From: Geosiphon pyriformis uo1 | Taxonomy: Eukaryota > Fungi > Glomeromycota | Direction of reading: 5' to 3' | Assembly: GCA_016748015.1 (NCBI GenBank) | Contig: JAAOMT010000590.1 | Location: 62,001 to 126,000 of the forward strand | Length of the DNA: 64,000 nucleotides | Shown here: positions 49,428 to 62,639 of the stretch, piece after piece | Layout of the letters: each line of letters opens with the position of its first letter | Position numbering within the stretch: the first letter of the stretch is position 1 | Program-made: the position numbers and the translations under genes | The notes under the pieces: generated by a model | The model's database searches: none | What the model saw: the letters and a program-made list of their open reading frames with translations, nothing else | Told to the model about the DNA's origin: nothing

Positions 49428-51118
49428 ATACATATTTGGTTGTCATAATTGATCAATTGATGACAATAGACATGTCTAATTTTGAGAACAATTTGTGTTT
49501 CCCTGATTATTGCACTATTGTAAAGATTGATAAATTGCTTAATTATTAACTAAGTATCTCTCAAGTTTCTAATTGATTGAATTGCTGAATTGTTTTAGTT
49601 TGGAATTCAGATCAGATAATTTATTCATTATTAGATTTACAGTTTAGACATAATTGGCTTTAAGTTCAGCTGATTTAAAGTCTCTAACATGTGTGATGAT
49701 GACTTGAAGGTTGGCTGGATATAATGAGCATATGCATTGTAGAATGCTACTATGCAAACCATGAATAAACTGATTCAGAATCTGCAGTTCTGTAAAGTAA
49801 GCTGCATCAATTGCTTAAATTTGGTGCAAATTTCTATAGAAATGTCTTAGGTATGTAGTAATGGCTTCAGTTTTTTCTTGTTTGATGGTAGCAAATGTAG
49901 TTGTAAATGGGTTGATGTTATTATTATTACTAAAGTATTTTAAAAACTCTGTTTTAAATGCATCAAAAGTAACAAATTTGTTGATCAAGCTTTAATATTA
50001 TGAATTGGCAGTATCTTGCAAAAAGTATGAAATGGTTTATAGGGCTTTGGCATTATTCCAATTGTTGGCAGTAATTGCTTTGGTAATGTTGTTGAGCCAA
50101 ACTTGGATGTTATCTTCTTCACTAATAAATTTTTCCAATTTAACAATAAGAGTATATACTATTAGTGCTGTGATTGGTTGTTGTGATAGATTTATTTAGT
50201 GTTGTGGTTGTAATGACAACTATTGTAATAGAATAACAACTGGTGGCAGATTGATTACAACTACTGGAGATATGTTTGGCTGATTATTAAAAGTGGGTTT
50301 AGATTAATTTTGTGGAGTTTGATTAATTGAAGTTTTAAGTTCTGTGTTTTTTAGGATTGGGTTTTGATAATTAAATTCCTGATCTTTATTTTGTTTTTCT
50401 TTTGATCCCATTATTTCCCAGAGACTTATGGTTTCGAAATCTGGTTGAGGTGGTGGTAATTGAAATCTTGATAATGTTGGTAATCACAACTTGAATCCTT
50501 TAAAATAATTACCATAAGTTCTTAATAACTCTGCTTTCTTTTGTTTACTTTAAAATAAGAGTTGTGTTAAAAATATTTTTGTGTTTGAAGTGGCTGTGTC
50601 TGCTAATGAAATATTGATAGCACTTCTAAGTATGTAGTGGTATGATAGATTGATTGGAGATTTTACTCTTGTTTTTTTCTAAGTAAGTGGTTGTATTTTC
50701 TAAAATATTACTGCTGGTGTTTGTAGTTTTCCTTTGCCTTTGTTTGCATAAGTAATTAGATATCTTTGTTGAGTGTGATTTTCAATTTTTCAATTAATTT
50801 TTATAATGATTAATGCAAAATTATAATTTACTAATAGGCTAGTGTTTTGAATTAGTTTATTATAGAAATTTTTTTTTGTTGATTTGGTATCTACTGGTGC
50901 TTCTAGAAAATAAGAAATTCTCTTATTGACATAGAAATTAAAGGCTAATTCTGCTAATAAGTAATTGCTGATTAATTTCAAGTATTAACAATAATGCTAA
51001 AATAAAAATTTGGCAAATCCTAAATGGTTTGTTTCAATGCTTTTTGATTCTGCCACTTTTAATTGGTTGGTATTGGTGCTAATTCTCTATAGGATTATAT
51101 CTTACAGAAAACACCAAA

Positions 51119-52893
51119 TGTTACAGGTGATTATTTAAGGTCTCAAATCAAATAACAAACTCATAACTTGGTGCTTAATAGTGGATTTAATTGGTAATAT
51201 TTAAGTTTTGGTAATCTGAAAGTTTTGGTTGAGTTCTTTGTATAATGGATAAAGATTTAAGTGTTGTTTATCCATAACTTTTCAGAATTGCAATTCTGTT
51301 AATTTTTTTCTCAGCTTAGTAGCCAGTACTCTTCTAATAAGCAATCTATATTTTTTTTGTGTTCTACCCACTCATAAAAATCTTTTACCAGACAATTCTT
51401 GATGTCAATTAATCTATATGTAATCCTTAAATCAATTAGTAAACAACAAGAAAACAAACAAAGAAATAAAATAAAGAAAATAAAGAAATTAAGCCAAAGC
51501 AAGAATAATTAGTATCTTGTTAATAGCCATGATCAAGAATTATTGTTTTAGTATGATTTAAGGTTTGGGTTTTATCAACAATAAGTGTTGATAAAAAAAA
51601 TAGTGATGAGATTTTCAAACAAATGGCAATAATATAAATTAGATAATAATAATTATATTTTATTTAATATTTGATAATTGCACTTTAGTTGATAGTAATT
51701 ATCCTTGAAGTAATTAATAAATAAGTAAGAATAAAGGTTTTTATTTTGGAATAAATACTTTTCTTGTTTCTAATACTATTACTATATATACATAATTTTT
51801 TTTACATAAGAAATCTTTTTTCTTTGCTAGATTTCTTGCAAAATTCTTGATTTTTTGAAATATCCAGGATTTCCTGAAAAATTTTCAACTTTTCTGAAAT
51901 ATCTTGGATTTCTTGCATAATTTTGGATTTCCTAAAATATTCAAAATTTCCTGAAAAATTCTCTTTTTTTTTNNNNNNNNNNNNNNNNNNNNAACTCATA
52001 ACTTGGTGCTTAATAGTGGATTTAATTGGTAATATTTAAGTTTTGGTAATCTGAAAGTTTTGGTTGAGTTCTTTGTATAATGGATAAAGATTTAAGTGTT
52101 GTTTATCCATAACTTTTCAGAATTGCAATTCTGTTAATTTTTTTCTCAGCTTAGTAGCCAGTACTCTTCTAATAAGCAATCTATATTTTTTTTGTGTTCT
52201 ACCCACTCATAAAAATCTTTTACCAGACAATTCTTGATGTCAATTAATCTATATGTAATCCTTAAATCAATTAGTAAACAACAAGAAAACAAACAAAGAA
52301 ATAAAATAAAGAAAATAAAGAAATTAAGCCAAAGCAAGAATAATTAGTATCTTGTTAATAGCCATGATCAAGAATTATTGTTTTAGTATGATTTAAGGTT
52401 TGGGTTTTATCAACAATAAGTGTTGATAAAAAAAATAGTGATGAGATTTTCAAACAAATGGCAATAATATAAATTAGATAATAATAATTATATTTTATTT
52501 AATATTTGATAATTGCACTTTAGTTGATAGTAATTATCCTTGAAGTAATTAATAAATAAGTAAGAATAAAGGTTTTTATTTTGGAATAAATACTTTTCTT
52601 GTTTCTAATACTATTACTATATATACATAATTTTTTTTACATAAGAAATCTTTTTTCTTTGCTAGATTTCTTGCAAAATTCTTGATTTTTTGAAATATCC
52701 AGGATTTCCTGAAAAATTTTCAACTTTTCTGAAATATCTTGGATTTCTTGCATAATTTTGGATTTCCTAAAATATTCAAAATTTCCTGAAAAATTCTCTT
52801 TTTTTTTCTTTATTCTAATTGGCTAATTTTATAATCATGTGTTTTTCTATTTTTTAATTATGTATTATTTTTTTCTCTTTTTTATATGTAATA
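51119..52893 (-). repeat. 5' LTR of A3, artificially lengthened by a duplicated contig overlap around the 20-N gap
   Basis: TGTTACA at 51119 next to the PBS; TGTAATA end at 52893; 51158-51972 repeated identically from 51993. Confidence 0.85.
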
Positions 52894-53420
52894 ATGTTTA
52901 CTAATTTTATGGTAAAACAGAAAGTATATCAACTAAAAGTTTATTAGAAAAATAAAAAAAATTAAAACCCATTATATCCAAATTTAATTTTGTTAACATA
53001 TATAATACTAATGAAACAAGATTATTTTTTCATATAAAATTAAATCAAACACTAGTAAAATGTTAAAATACAAGAAAAAAATTGATATATTATATTTATT
53101 AATTGTTATTGTTATATATTATTATATTAAATTAATTAGATTTTTTATAGAATAAATTTTGAATTATAATTTTTTTTGCTATAAAATTTACTAGATCTCA
53201 TAAATTGTAATCTTTAGTAATTGGACATGCAAAAAATCTAAAATGTCTAAAAAAAATTAATATTTTTAATCTATATATGATTTACAAATTCAATTTTAAA
53301 GCATAAATGTACTTAAATATATAGAAAACATGACTTAAATATATAAATAAAGACTTTTAAATTCAAAATTGGCATATATTACTTTTGGTTAATAATACAA
53401 TTTCTTATCATATTTAAATT
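52894..53420 (+). pseudogene. Decayed pogo/Tigger (Tc1/mariner superfamily, DDE_1/CENP-B-like) transposase fragment
   Basis: YGKTES (HGEAES), IYNTNETRLFF (YNADETGLFF), SHKL*SLVIGHAKNLKCL (KLxPLVIG..K.PRC), NFKA*M (NSKAWM), ILLLVNNTISY (LLLVDNATSH). Confidence 0.8.
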
Positions 53421-56400
53421 AAAGCCAAAATATTACTTGTTATATAATAATTAAAATATATATAATTTTTTTAATTATTTAATAAATTATTTTTAATAAA
53501 CAATTTAAACTACTAAGTGCTTTGTTAATTAATTAAATAGTAATAATTTATAAAAAATCTTCAACATAAATTGAATAAATACTAGTAATAATATTAATTA
53601 GTAGGTTTTTTATTGATTTTTATGAGATTTTAATAATTTTATATTTTGATAATATATCTATTTAAACTTTTATTAAATTGTATTTTATTAATAGTATTTA
53701 TAAATTATTAGCATAATTTAAATATCTTATTTAGAACTTTATATAAAAATCTTTAATAATATTATTTTATATTAAATAATTATGTAAATATTTTGCTATA
53801 ATAATTAAATATTAATTCAAAGTTTTTTTAATTAGATAATATAAAACAGTTAGATAATTAAATTTAAATAAAGCCAAAAATACTTCTTTTAAATATTAAC
53901 TTAAAAATTAGTTTAAATTGTTACTTTAATACAGTTAAAAAAATTCATCTCAACTGATTTTCATCAATTATGTAATAATAAAAGAATAACAATAAGTGAA
54001 ATTAAAGTAAAAAAAGTTAACCAGCTTATTAACAAATATAATTTATAATTGTAAGACTTTAGAAATAATTGATTAAATAGAAAAAAAGTTTTTTTTTTTT
54101 TTAAAGATAACAAAACTAAAAATACTATATTTAGCAATTTTGTTGATAAAAAAAATTTTATAATTAATAAGACTGTAGATTTTTTTTGGAGAAATATTTT
54201 ATTGTTTAACAAATTTAAATTTCTTTTAGAGTGTTGTTATTTAGAAAAACAGATTATAAGTCTGTCATATTGCTTGGTTTAAAATATTAGCAGGTGAATT
54301 TTTATGTCAAAAAGTATAAAATTTTTTATATTAAAAATAAATAAATTTTATTTTATTTAATTCAATTATATATTATTTAAAAAGTAATATCCTATTCTGA
54401 AAATTTTTATTGGCAGAATATTCTATAGCCTACTTTATGTTAAATAATAAAGTTATAATATATAATTATGTTTTATTTAGATAATTAAAATAATTAATAT
54501 TAGATAAAGTTTGGTTTTTTATAGGCAGTAAAATAAAAATACACTAAAATCAATATTTAATAAGATAATTTTAAATAAAATAGATATTTTCGATGCAGTA
54601 TTTTTTAAAATGAAGTTTTTTTTTAATAAACTCGAAATACTTAATTTTGTTTTTTTATTTTTATTGAAATTAAAATTCTTAATATTTAAAAAAATATAAT
54701 TAAAAGTTTTTTTATAACTATTTGTTTTTTCAAAACTTCAGTTTGCATTTCAAAAAATAAATTTTGTAATTTAAATTTAACTAATAAATATTCTTAAAAC
54801 TTGAAATTTATTAAAAATATTGTTAATTGAAACAATTTATTTGTGGATTGGTTTTCTGAATCTGTTTATAAGTTTGGTCAGGTTAATATTACTGGTCTAT
54901 ATATTATTAATCTTATTTAAGATTAAGTTGTGGCCTACAGAGATCTGATCTGGCAAAATGTAAGAAGAGAAATCTAATTAATAATGTTAGTTTTGTAATT
55001 TCTAATGTTAAAAATTCGGCTTTTTTGCTTAATAATGTAACAATTTATAAGATTGGTTTGCTAAAAAGATTGATTTGAAATTTAATTTTCTTGAGAACTT
55101 GTTTTTTAATCTCAAATTTGTTTTTTAATGTGTTGGTCTTTAGAGTATAGCTGGTTCAGATAGCTGATTACATGTAATTAAACATGAGTTTTATTATTAC
55201 ATAATAATAAAAAATATATTATAAAATCTAAATTTTTTATTAAAAAATTAGCATAATATTAAACAAAATTTTCAAAAAATTTAAATTTTAAAAATATAAT
55301 ATTTAATATTTAAAATAATAAAATAATGTATTATGTTTAAGTTATAAACAAAAATTATTTAATAAATATAGTAAACTTATATTAAATTTCAAAAAATATT
55401 TATTTAAATAAAATTTGTAATTTTTATTGAAAAATATGTTTTATTTAAACTATTAAAAAAAACATCAAGGATTTATTACTATATTTTTTCTAATTAAATA
55501 AATGATTTATGCATTTTATATTACATAAAAAAATTTACTGTTTATATTAGAAAAAATACTTGGATTCTCAAATTTTTATTGTAAAATATGGTAATTAATT
55601 AAATACAAAAAGTGGTGACAAATCTTTTTGAGATCTTTTGCAATTAAATTATATTAATTTTATTTATATTAATATTTAATTAGTTATAGTTTATATATAA
55701 TAAAAAATATAAATTAATAAGTATTTATTAATATTTTGTAAAGACCAGTTTTTGAAAATAAAAATAAACAGTTTTAAATTTGAATTTTTCTATATATTTA
55801 TTACTCTAATTATTAAAAAGTAATTTTTTAACTATGTTAAAAATAAACATAATTTTAATTTTTTATTACAAAAGAATAAATTTGAATTATATTCAAATAT
55901 TTTCAACTAAAATAAGCTAATGCTGAAAACTTATTTTTTATGTTCTGTTTAATATAGCCAAAAATTAATAATAATCTAAATTAGAATATTTTAGAAAGAT
56001 AAATTTATAAATTAACTTGATTTTTTTAGCACCTATACATTGTGGTTTTAATTTTTCTTTACTTGTAATATTTAAAATTAGAATAAGATTTAACTGTTAT
56101 AATCGAAAAAGTTATAAGCTTTATTATTTGATACTTTCTAAATAAAATATAAATAAAACTTGGTTTTTTTTTAATTTTATAAATTAAGATCCAAAAAATT
56201 ATGACATAAAATTTTAAGGATTGTAAATTTATTAAAAATTATATAGTTATTTTGTTTTATTTATAAGTTAATTAGAAAGCTATAATATCATTTTATTCTT
56301 CAAACTTTGCTTAGTTTGATTTAAAGAAAAGATTTAGCATATGTTAAAAAAACAAACCTCTTGATTACCTAATCAGTAAGCAATTAAAAAAATTTTTATC

Positions 56401-59220
56401 AAATGTAGTGGAGTTAAAAAAAGGAATTAGAATCTTTTAGATTAACTTAATTATTTAAAAAAATAGTTTACCTTGTTAATTATTTAAGCTTTTCAAAAAG
56501 TTAGATAAATATTACAATAGAAAAAAATAAAAAAGAATCAAAAATGAAATTGATTAGCAATTATTTTTTTCAAGTAATTGTTTTCTTAAAAATATATTAA
56601 TAATTTATTTATGTAATATTAAAATCCAGTTTTTTAATTGTTTATTACAATTAGAGTTCAATATTATAAATTAATTTATAAATATAATTTATTATAGTAA
56701 TAAAAATTTAATATTTAAATTATTATAAATTAAAATTTGTTAATTATAAAAATTTTTATTACTTATAATAATATTTATTAATATTTATATAAATTAAAAT
56801 TTGTTTATAATAGTTTATATATATATAATATTATTGAAAAATTAATTAAAATAAAAGTAAAGTTATTGTAATACATACATAAATTCTCTATATTAATATT
56901 AATTTGATGTGTTTTTTATGAAAAATAAAATGAAAACAAATCAAAAAATAAATTTAATTGTATACTTTCAATATTTGGCTTACATTTAAAAACTACAATT
57001 TTATTAAAATATATCTATTGATAAAATGTAAAATATTATATTTGATATAATAAACCAAAAAAAAAGAAATTATTTTAAGTAAACTTGGTTAATTAAAATG
57101 TTAATTTAAATAGATATTACAAATATATATAAATAATGTTTCAAAAGAATAAGGTTTTTAAAACATGTTTATACATAAATAAAATTAATAAGCAAATATT
57201 TTATATTTAATAACTTTTATTTAAAAAGTTTCTTTTAAAAAAGATATAAAGATAAAAATATATATACTAATAAATTATATTTAAAAGAACTGATTCCTTT
57301 CTTAATTCTTGATTTTCATATTATTAATAAAGATCTTTAGATTAAAAGCTTTTTGAATATAATAAATGAAAGACTTATTATTTGTAGAAAATTTAGGTTT
57401 TAAGATTATTGAATTTTATATCTTGTTATATTATGACATGCTAATATTTTGTATCTTTTTTTTTATAAACAAATTCGTTTATTTTGCATCTGCTAATTTT
57501 TTTTAAGATATATACTTTTATATTATAAAACATTTTTCACCAATCATATCTGAAATAGTTTTTCAGCAAATGATAAAAAACTATAGATATCTTTATTTTT
57601 AATATAAGGAGTTCTGTTACAACCTTAAATACTAAATATTCAATAACTCCATAAATTTTGGCTAACTGTAGATAATAATTTACCAAATAAAAGAGTTTAA
57701 GATTAAAAATACAACTTTTAAGAATTATTCATAATTATTAAAAATTTTATGTTATGTTTAATTTTTTTGACTAATTTATGTAAGCAGACTGGAATTAAAG
57801 CTAATTAATATTTAAATACAAAAGCTCAATAATAGTAGCTTAAAATTAACAAAAACATTTATTATGTTATAATAAGAAAAATTAATATAGAAAAATTTCT
57901 ATTAAGTCTAATTACTTTTAATAATTTTTTGTAAAGTTAACCAAAAACTTTTTGAAATATTAGTCTGTTTAAGTATATTAAATTAATTATCTATTAAGTC
58001 TGTTTAAGTAGATTAAATCAAGTGAATTAAATTAATTACTCATCTAAAAATATTAATATTTACTGACATTTAAACTTTTTGTTATGTAAAATAAAATGAG
58101 AATATGTTTCCATAAAATGAAATTTATTTAAAATAATACATTCAATTTTATTCAGGTTTTTAAACTAGATAGTTAATTATTTTTTGATTATTAATACTTT
58201 TCTAATTCTTTGTTATTTGTTGTTCATTGTTAAATTTCTATTTTTTTTTAGTATCTAATTTTAAAACTAGACTGAAAATATAATCTTAATTAAAATATGA
58301 TAATAATGAACACTAAACTTGTTTTGAAATCTTTTGAATGTTTAAAGGCTGTGTTTTAAGTAAATAGTCGTGTTTTCAGATCTCATATTACAATAAGAAG
58401 TATGCATATTGGCTATACTTGGTAGTTTTCTATTTTTTTACATTATTTAGTCTAATATATTAATTTTTTTTTCAAATACGAGATATGAATATTATGTTCT
58501 TAATAACTAATCTATTTGTGATTAATTATATTGTTTTCTTAAACAAAAAAAAAGTTAAACATTATAATGAATCTTACAGTTTTAAAGTGAATATAAATTT
58601 GATTTTCATATTGATTGTATTTAGTTATTTTAGGATAACAAAGTCAAAAAAAATGAGTCATAAGAATTTGTTTAATATTATATTAATTATGAAAATCTAC
58701 ATTATAATATAAAAATTTCCAGAAAGTACCAAGCTTTTAAAAAGTAATGCTTTATTTTTAATTACTACATATTAATTAACTTCACTTTTGTATTCTTGTA
58801 TTTTTGTTTTTGCATAAAAAACAAATGTGTAATTTTTGATCTTAAAATCAACAACTTAAAGGCAGTTATATATATAAAAAAGTGTTTTTGGCTTTTAAGA
58901 AAAATTTTATTTTATATAGAATTATTCTTATCTTTATTGGTAACAAATTACTGACATCTAACAACTTATAAACCTAATAGCTATAACCAGTACAACTAAT
59001 AACTCACCACTCATGACTTACAAATCTAAAAAACACTAAAAAATTTAAAAGATGTATTATCATCTCCAGTTGTACTGATAACTATAGCAGATATTAAAAG
59101 TTAAAAGTCTCTAGTTAATAAAACAATCCAAATAAAAATGTTGATGTATCTCTTCTAGTTTTAAGTATTGGGTAAAGAAGAGGAGCATTTTTTATCAGAA
59201 AAAATTCTAACTTTAATCAA

Positions 59221-59990
59221 TATTACTTATAGAAAAAAGCATACAAGAAAATAGTAGAAAAAACAGATAAACTAATAAAAGAATAATAGTTAACATGGGA
59301 GCACATTGCTTAGCAATATAAGCATTGCTTATAAAATTATAGCACATTACTCAAGAATATGAGTGATCTCATAAAACTCATATTATATATATATAGTAAG
59401 AGCATTAAAAGCAGAAAAAATATAGCTTTCTATTTAAATATTTTAGTTAAAATTATTAATATTAATAAATAACTATTTACCATCTAAATTACTCTTATAC
59501 TATTAACACTTTATGTTAATAGTATTTAAAACTTAATTATACTAAAACAATAGCTCTTGATTATGGCTATTAACAGAATACTAACATAAATTGTCTTGGC
59601 TTAAATTTCTTTTTTATTTTCTTTCTTTCTTTTATTTTTCTTTTGTTGTTGTATACTAATTAATTAAGGATTAAGCACTAAATTATTGACATCAAAAATT
59701 GCCTGGTAAAAGACCCCTGCAAGAGGGTAAACACTTGAAATTAAGAATTATTTATCAGAGAATTGCTGGCCACTAAGCCAAAAAAAAATTAACAGAATTG
59801 AGATTTTAAGAGACTACTAAAACAACTATTAAATCTCTGTCTATTATACAAAGAACTCAACCAAAACCTTCAGATCAACCAAAACCTTTAAATTACCAAA
59901 ACCTTCAGATATTAACATCTATAGCAGCTATTAAGCACCAAATTACGGATTTGTTATTTGATTTGAGACTTCAAATAATTACTTGTAATA
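59221..59990 (+). mobile_element. Solo LTR, same U3 variant as 48525-49427
   Basis: TATTACTTATAGA...CTTGTAATA; flanks TCAA/CTAA are transition variants of one 4-mer. Confidence 0.88.
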
Positions 59991-60381
59991 CTAAAAAAAC
60001 TAAATCAAGCATGGAGTTCTCAACTCCTTTATATTACCAAATATGGTGTTCTCTAACCACTGTATATATACCCATTCTGCCAAATGTCTGTTTTTACTTA
60101 TAGTCTATGACATAAATTTTTATATTTTTGTATATATATTTGTTCTGTTGAATATCTGTTTCCACTTATAGTTAATAACATAAATTGTTATTTAATCTCT
60201 GTGCTTGCCACATTCTAATTAAATGTTTATTTCCACTTATAGTTATTGACATATATTATGGGTTAAACTATTTCTATCTACTATTTAGTAAAACCACAGT
60301 TAACAGAATGAGCTTGACAAAATCAGTAGAAAAAAAAAACTTTATTAAGCTTGACTTTAATTTGATATCAACAATTAATAG

Positions 60382-60822
60382 ATAACTATTGCTTACCAAT
60401 AATTTGCAAATTTAAAAGTCAAATAATTACCATTCACCAATAATTTACAACTCAATATTTAAATAATTACTACTTACCAAAAATATGCAAATTTAATATT
60501 CGAATAATCATTACCTACCAATAATTTGCAATTCAATATTTAAATATAACCACTTACCAATATTTTGCAACTTAACATTCGAATAACTATTGGTCATCAA
60601 AAATGTGCAAATTTAACATTCAAATATAACTACTATCCACCAATAATTCAATTCAATATTCAATAATTACTACTCACCAAAAATGCATAAATTCAATATT
60701 TAAATAACCATCACTTATTAATAATTTGCAACTCAACATTTGAATAACCATTATCCACCAATAATTTGCATCTCAACATTTCAATTACCATGCTTATTAG
60801 TAATTTGCAATTCAAAATTTGA
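60382..60822. repeat. Minisatellite, about 11 units of ~40 bp
   Basis: Consensus approx. ATAACYAYYACTYACCAATAATTTGCAA(A)YTCAAYATTCGA, head-to-tail with no spacers. Confidence 0.9.
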
Positions 60823-62639
60823 ATAGCCAATGAATATAAAATAGAAATTTATGAACAATCAATTATCAAATAACTGAATTAAATTTTAGGATTAAATAGT
60901 AAGGAATTGATAATTGTTAGTTTGTTATTTATGCCTTGCAAAAATAAAGAGTGGAAAAGAAGTAGTTTAAAATTTTTACAAAAATGAAAAGTGAAAAGAA
61001 GTAGTTTTAATTTTAAGATTTCTTATAAGAGTAAATAGTAGAAGAAAGTAGCCACATTTGTCAATTATCTTTTCTATATCTATTTAGTCTATATAAAAAA
61101 ATTGTTCATCTGTTGCAAATTTTAATAAACTCTTGTTATTTACTGTTTATTGTTTAAGTTTATTGAAATTTAATTCAGAAATTTGAAATAATTGATATAA
61201 AATATTTAAAAAACCTAATATATAATAAACTATTGTAATTAATATAAGTATTTTTAAATGATAATAGTTCGATAATAACTTTAAGAATTGCTAATATTGG
61301 CTTAAGTACAAGCAATAATAAGTTTATTTTTAAACCATTTATTAAATATCCTTGAGACATTTTTTACACAAGTTCGGATTTAAATATTAAAATTTAGGCA
61401 ATATTAAGCATACTTAATATACTTTTTTACTGAGTAAAATGAAAACTCTCTGCTCTTGCTATTAAAGTGTATTAATTTGATAAACTATGAATGAAAAATT
61501 TAGCATTTTCTGAAAAAAACAATGAGTAAAAGTACTTGCTAAAAATTATGTTCAGTCTGATCATTCAATATATTCTTATTGTAATATGTAAAAATTTTGA
61601 TTTATTACTTAAGAATTATCAATGCTTAAGTAACTTTAATATATCTTAGGATATTATTGTCAAAACCGATCACACACAATAATTTTTGAATCAAATAGAC
61701 AAGAGTTTTATTGTTATATAATATCTAATATCTAAATCTTTAAAATTAAGTTTTATTTCAATTAATTATAGATTTTTATTTATTTATACAAAAGTGATTT
61801 TTTTAATGCTCAAATTATTTTTGGTACTTTTTAAATTTGATGAAAAAAATATATTCAAAATTTTGGGGAATGTAATAATTTTAAGATTTTTATTATAAAC
61901 TTGTAATATATTAATTTTTTGCATAAAGATTTTATATTTAAAACAGTTTTAAAAACAAATAGCTGTTATTTATCATTTAGTATTTAATATTTAAAAATTT
62001 GATAATTAGTTTATTTTAGTTTAACATATTTATTTTATTAATTTTTTAGTAAAAATTAATAAAAACAAACTTAATATATTTTTTTTTTATTTTTTTTATT
62101 TCTATAATAAGTTTTTTTAGTAAATGGTTAAAAGCAACCACTAGGTTCTTGTACTATTATTTAAATATTAAATTTTATTATATTCAAAAAACAATTATTA
62201 TTTTAAAAGTAATTTGTGGTTTTCATTCTTTAATTATTTTTGGTCACAAAAGATAGTTTCATTCAATATTGTCTAAAGTAGCTTGTAAATTCGTTTCAAT
62301 GATAAAGATAAAAAAATATTAAAGTGAGAAAATTTATAAGTTTTCAAATGAGCTTTGTATTAAAAAACAGGCAAAATTCATGTTTCAAATACTTCATGCA
62401 ACCTTGGCACTAAGTTTTGCATCAAAATTATTCAATATTCAGTTTTGATTATTTTTTAGAAACAGTAATTTATAGATTAAATATCAATTTACAAATGATT
62501 CTGAATTTTTCATTACATTTACATATTACAAACAGTTACAAAATAACCAAAATAAAAACCCAAATGAAACATTATAGTTGTGTTTATATCTCCATGAGCA
62601 TCTGCATTACAACTCTTCAAAATAGAATTTTTTTTTAAT

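Larger units (their letters stand above)
40145..52893 (-). mobile_element. Ty3/gypsy element A3 (distinct U3 subfamily) containing two solo LTRs
   Basis: LTRs 40145-41067 and 51119-52893; ORF3 41082-41723; integrase about 41760-43159; RT with YLDD near 43980-43991; dUTPase, protease and Gag. Confidence 0.9.

Noticed and set aside
51158-52807. Apparent tandem duplication of an LTR (two identical 63-aa ORFs)
   Set aside because: The copies look base-identical and are separated by a 20-N gap at a poly-T, whereas all real repeat pairs here are diverged; this is an unmerged contig overlap
9400-52893. Alternative genetic code or organellar origin to explain frequent in-frame stops
   Set aside because: Stops fall at different positions in sister copies and match TGG/CAA/CGA transitions; the neighbouring gene reads normally in the standard code
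60382-60822. Possible CRISPR array
   Set aside because: Units are contiguous and degenerate, with no unique spacers and no cas genes; eukaryotic context
53964-62638. Short 60-82-aa ORFs in AT-rich DNA (also 9069-9302)
   Set aside because: I/L/F/K/N-rich chance ORFs with no motifs or coding-like composition
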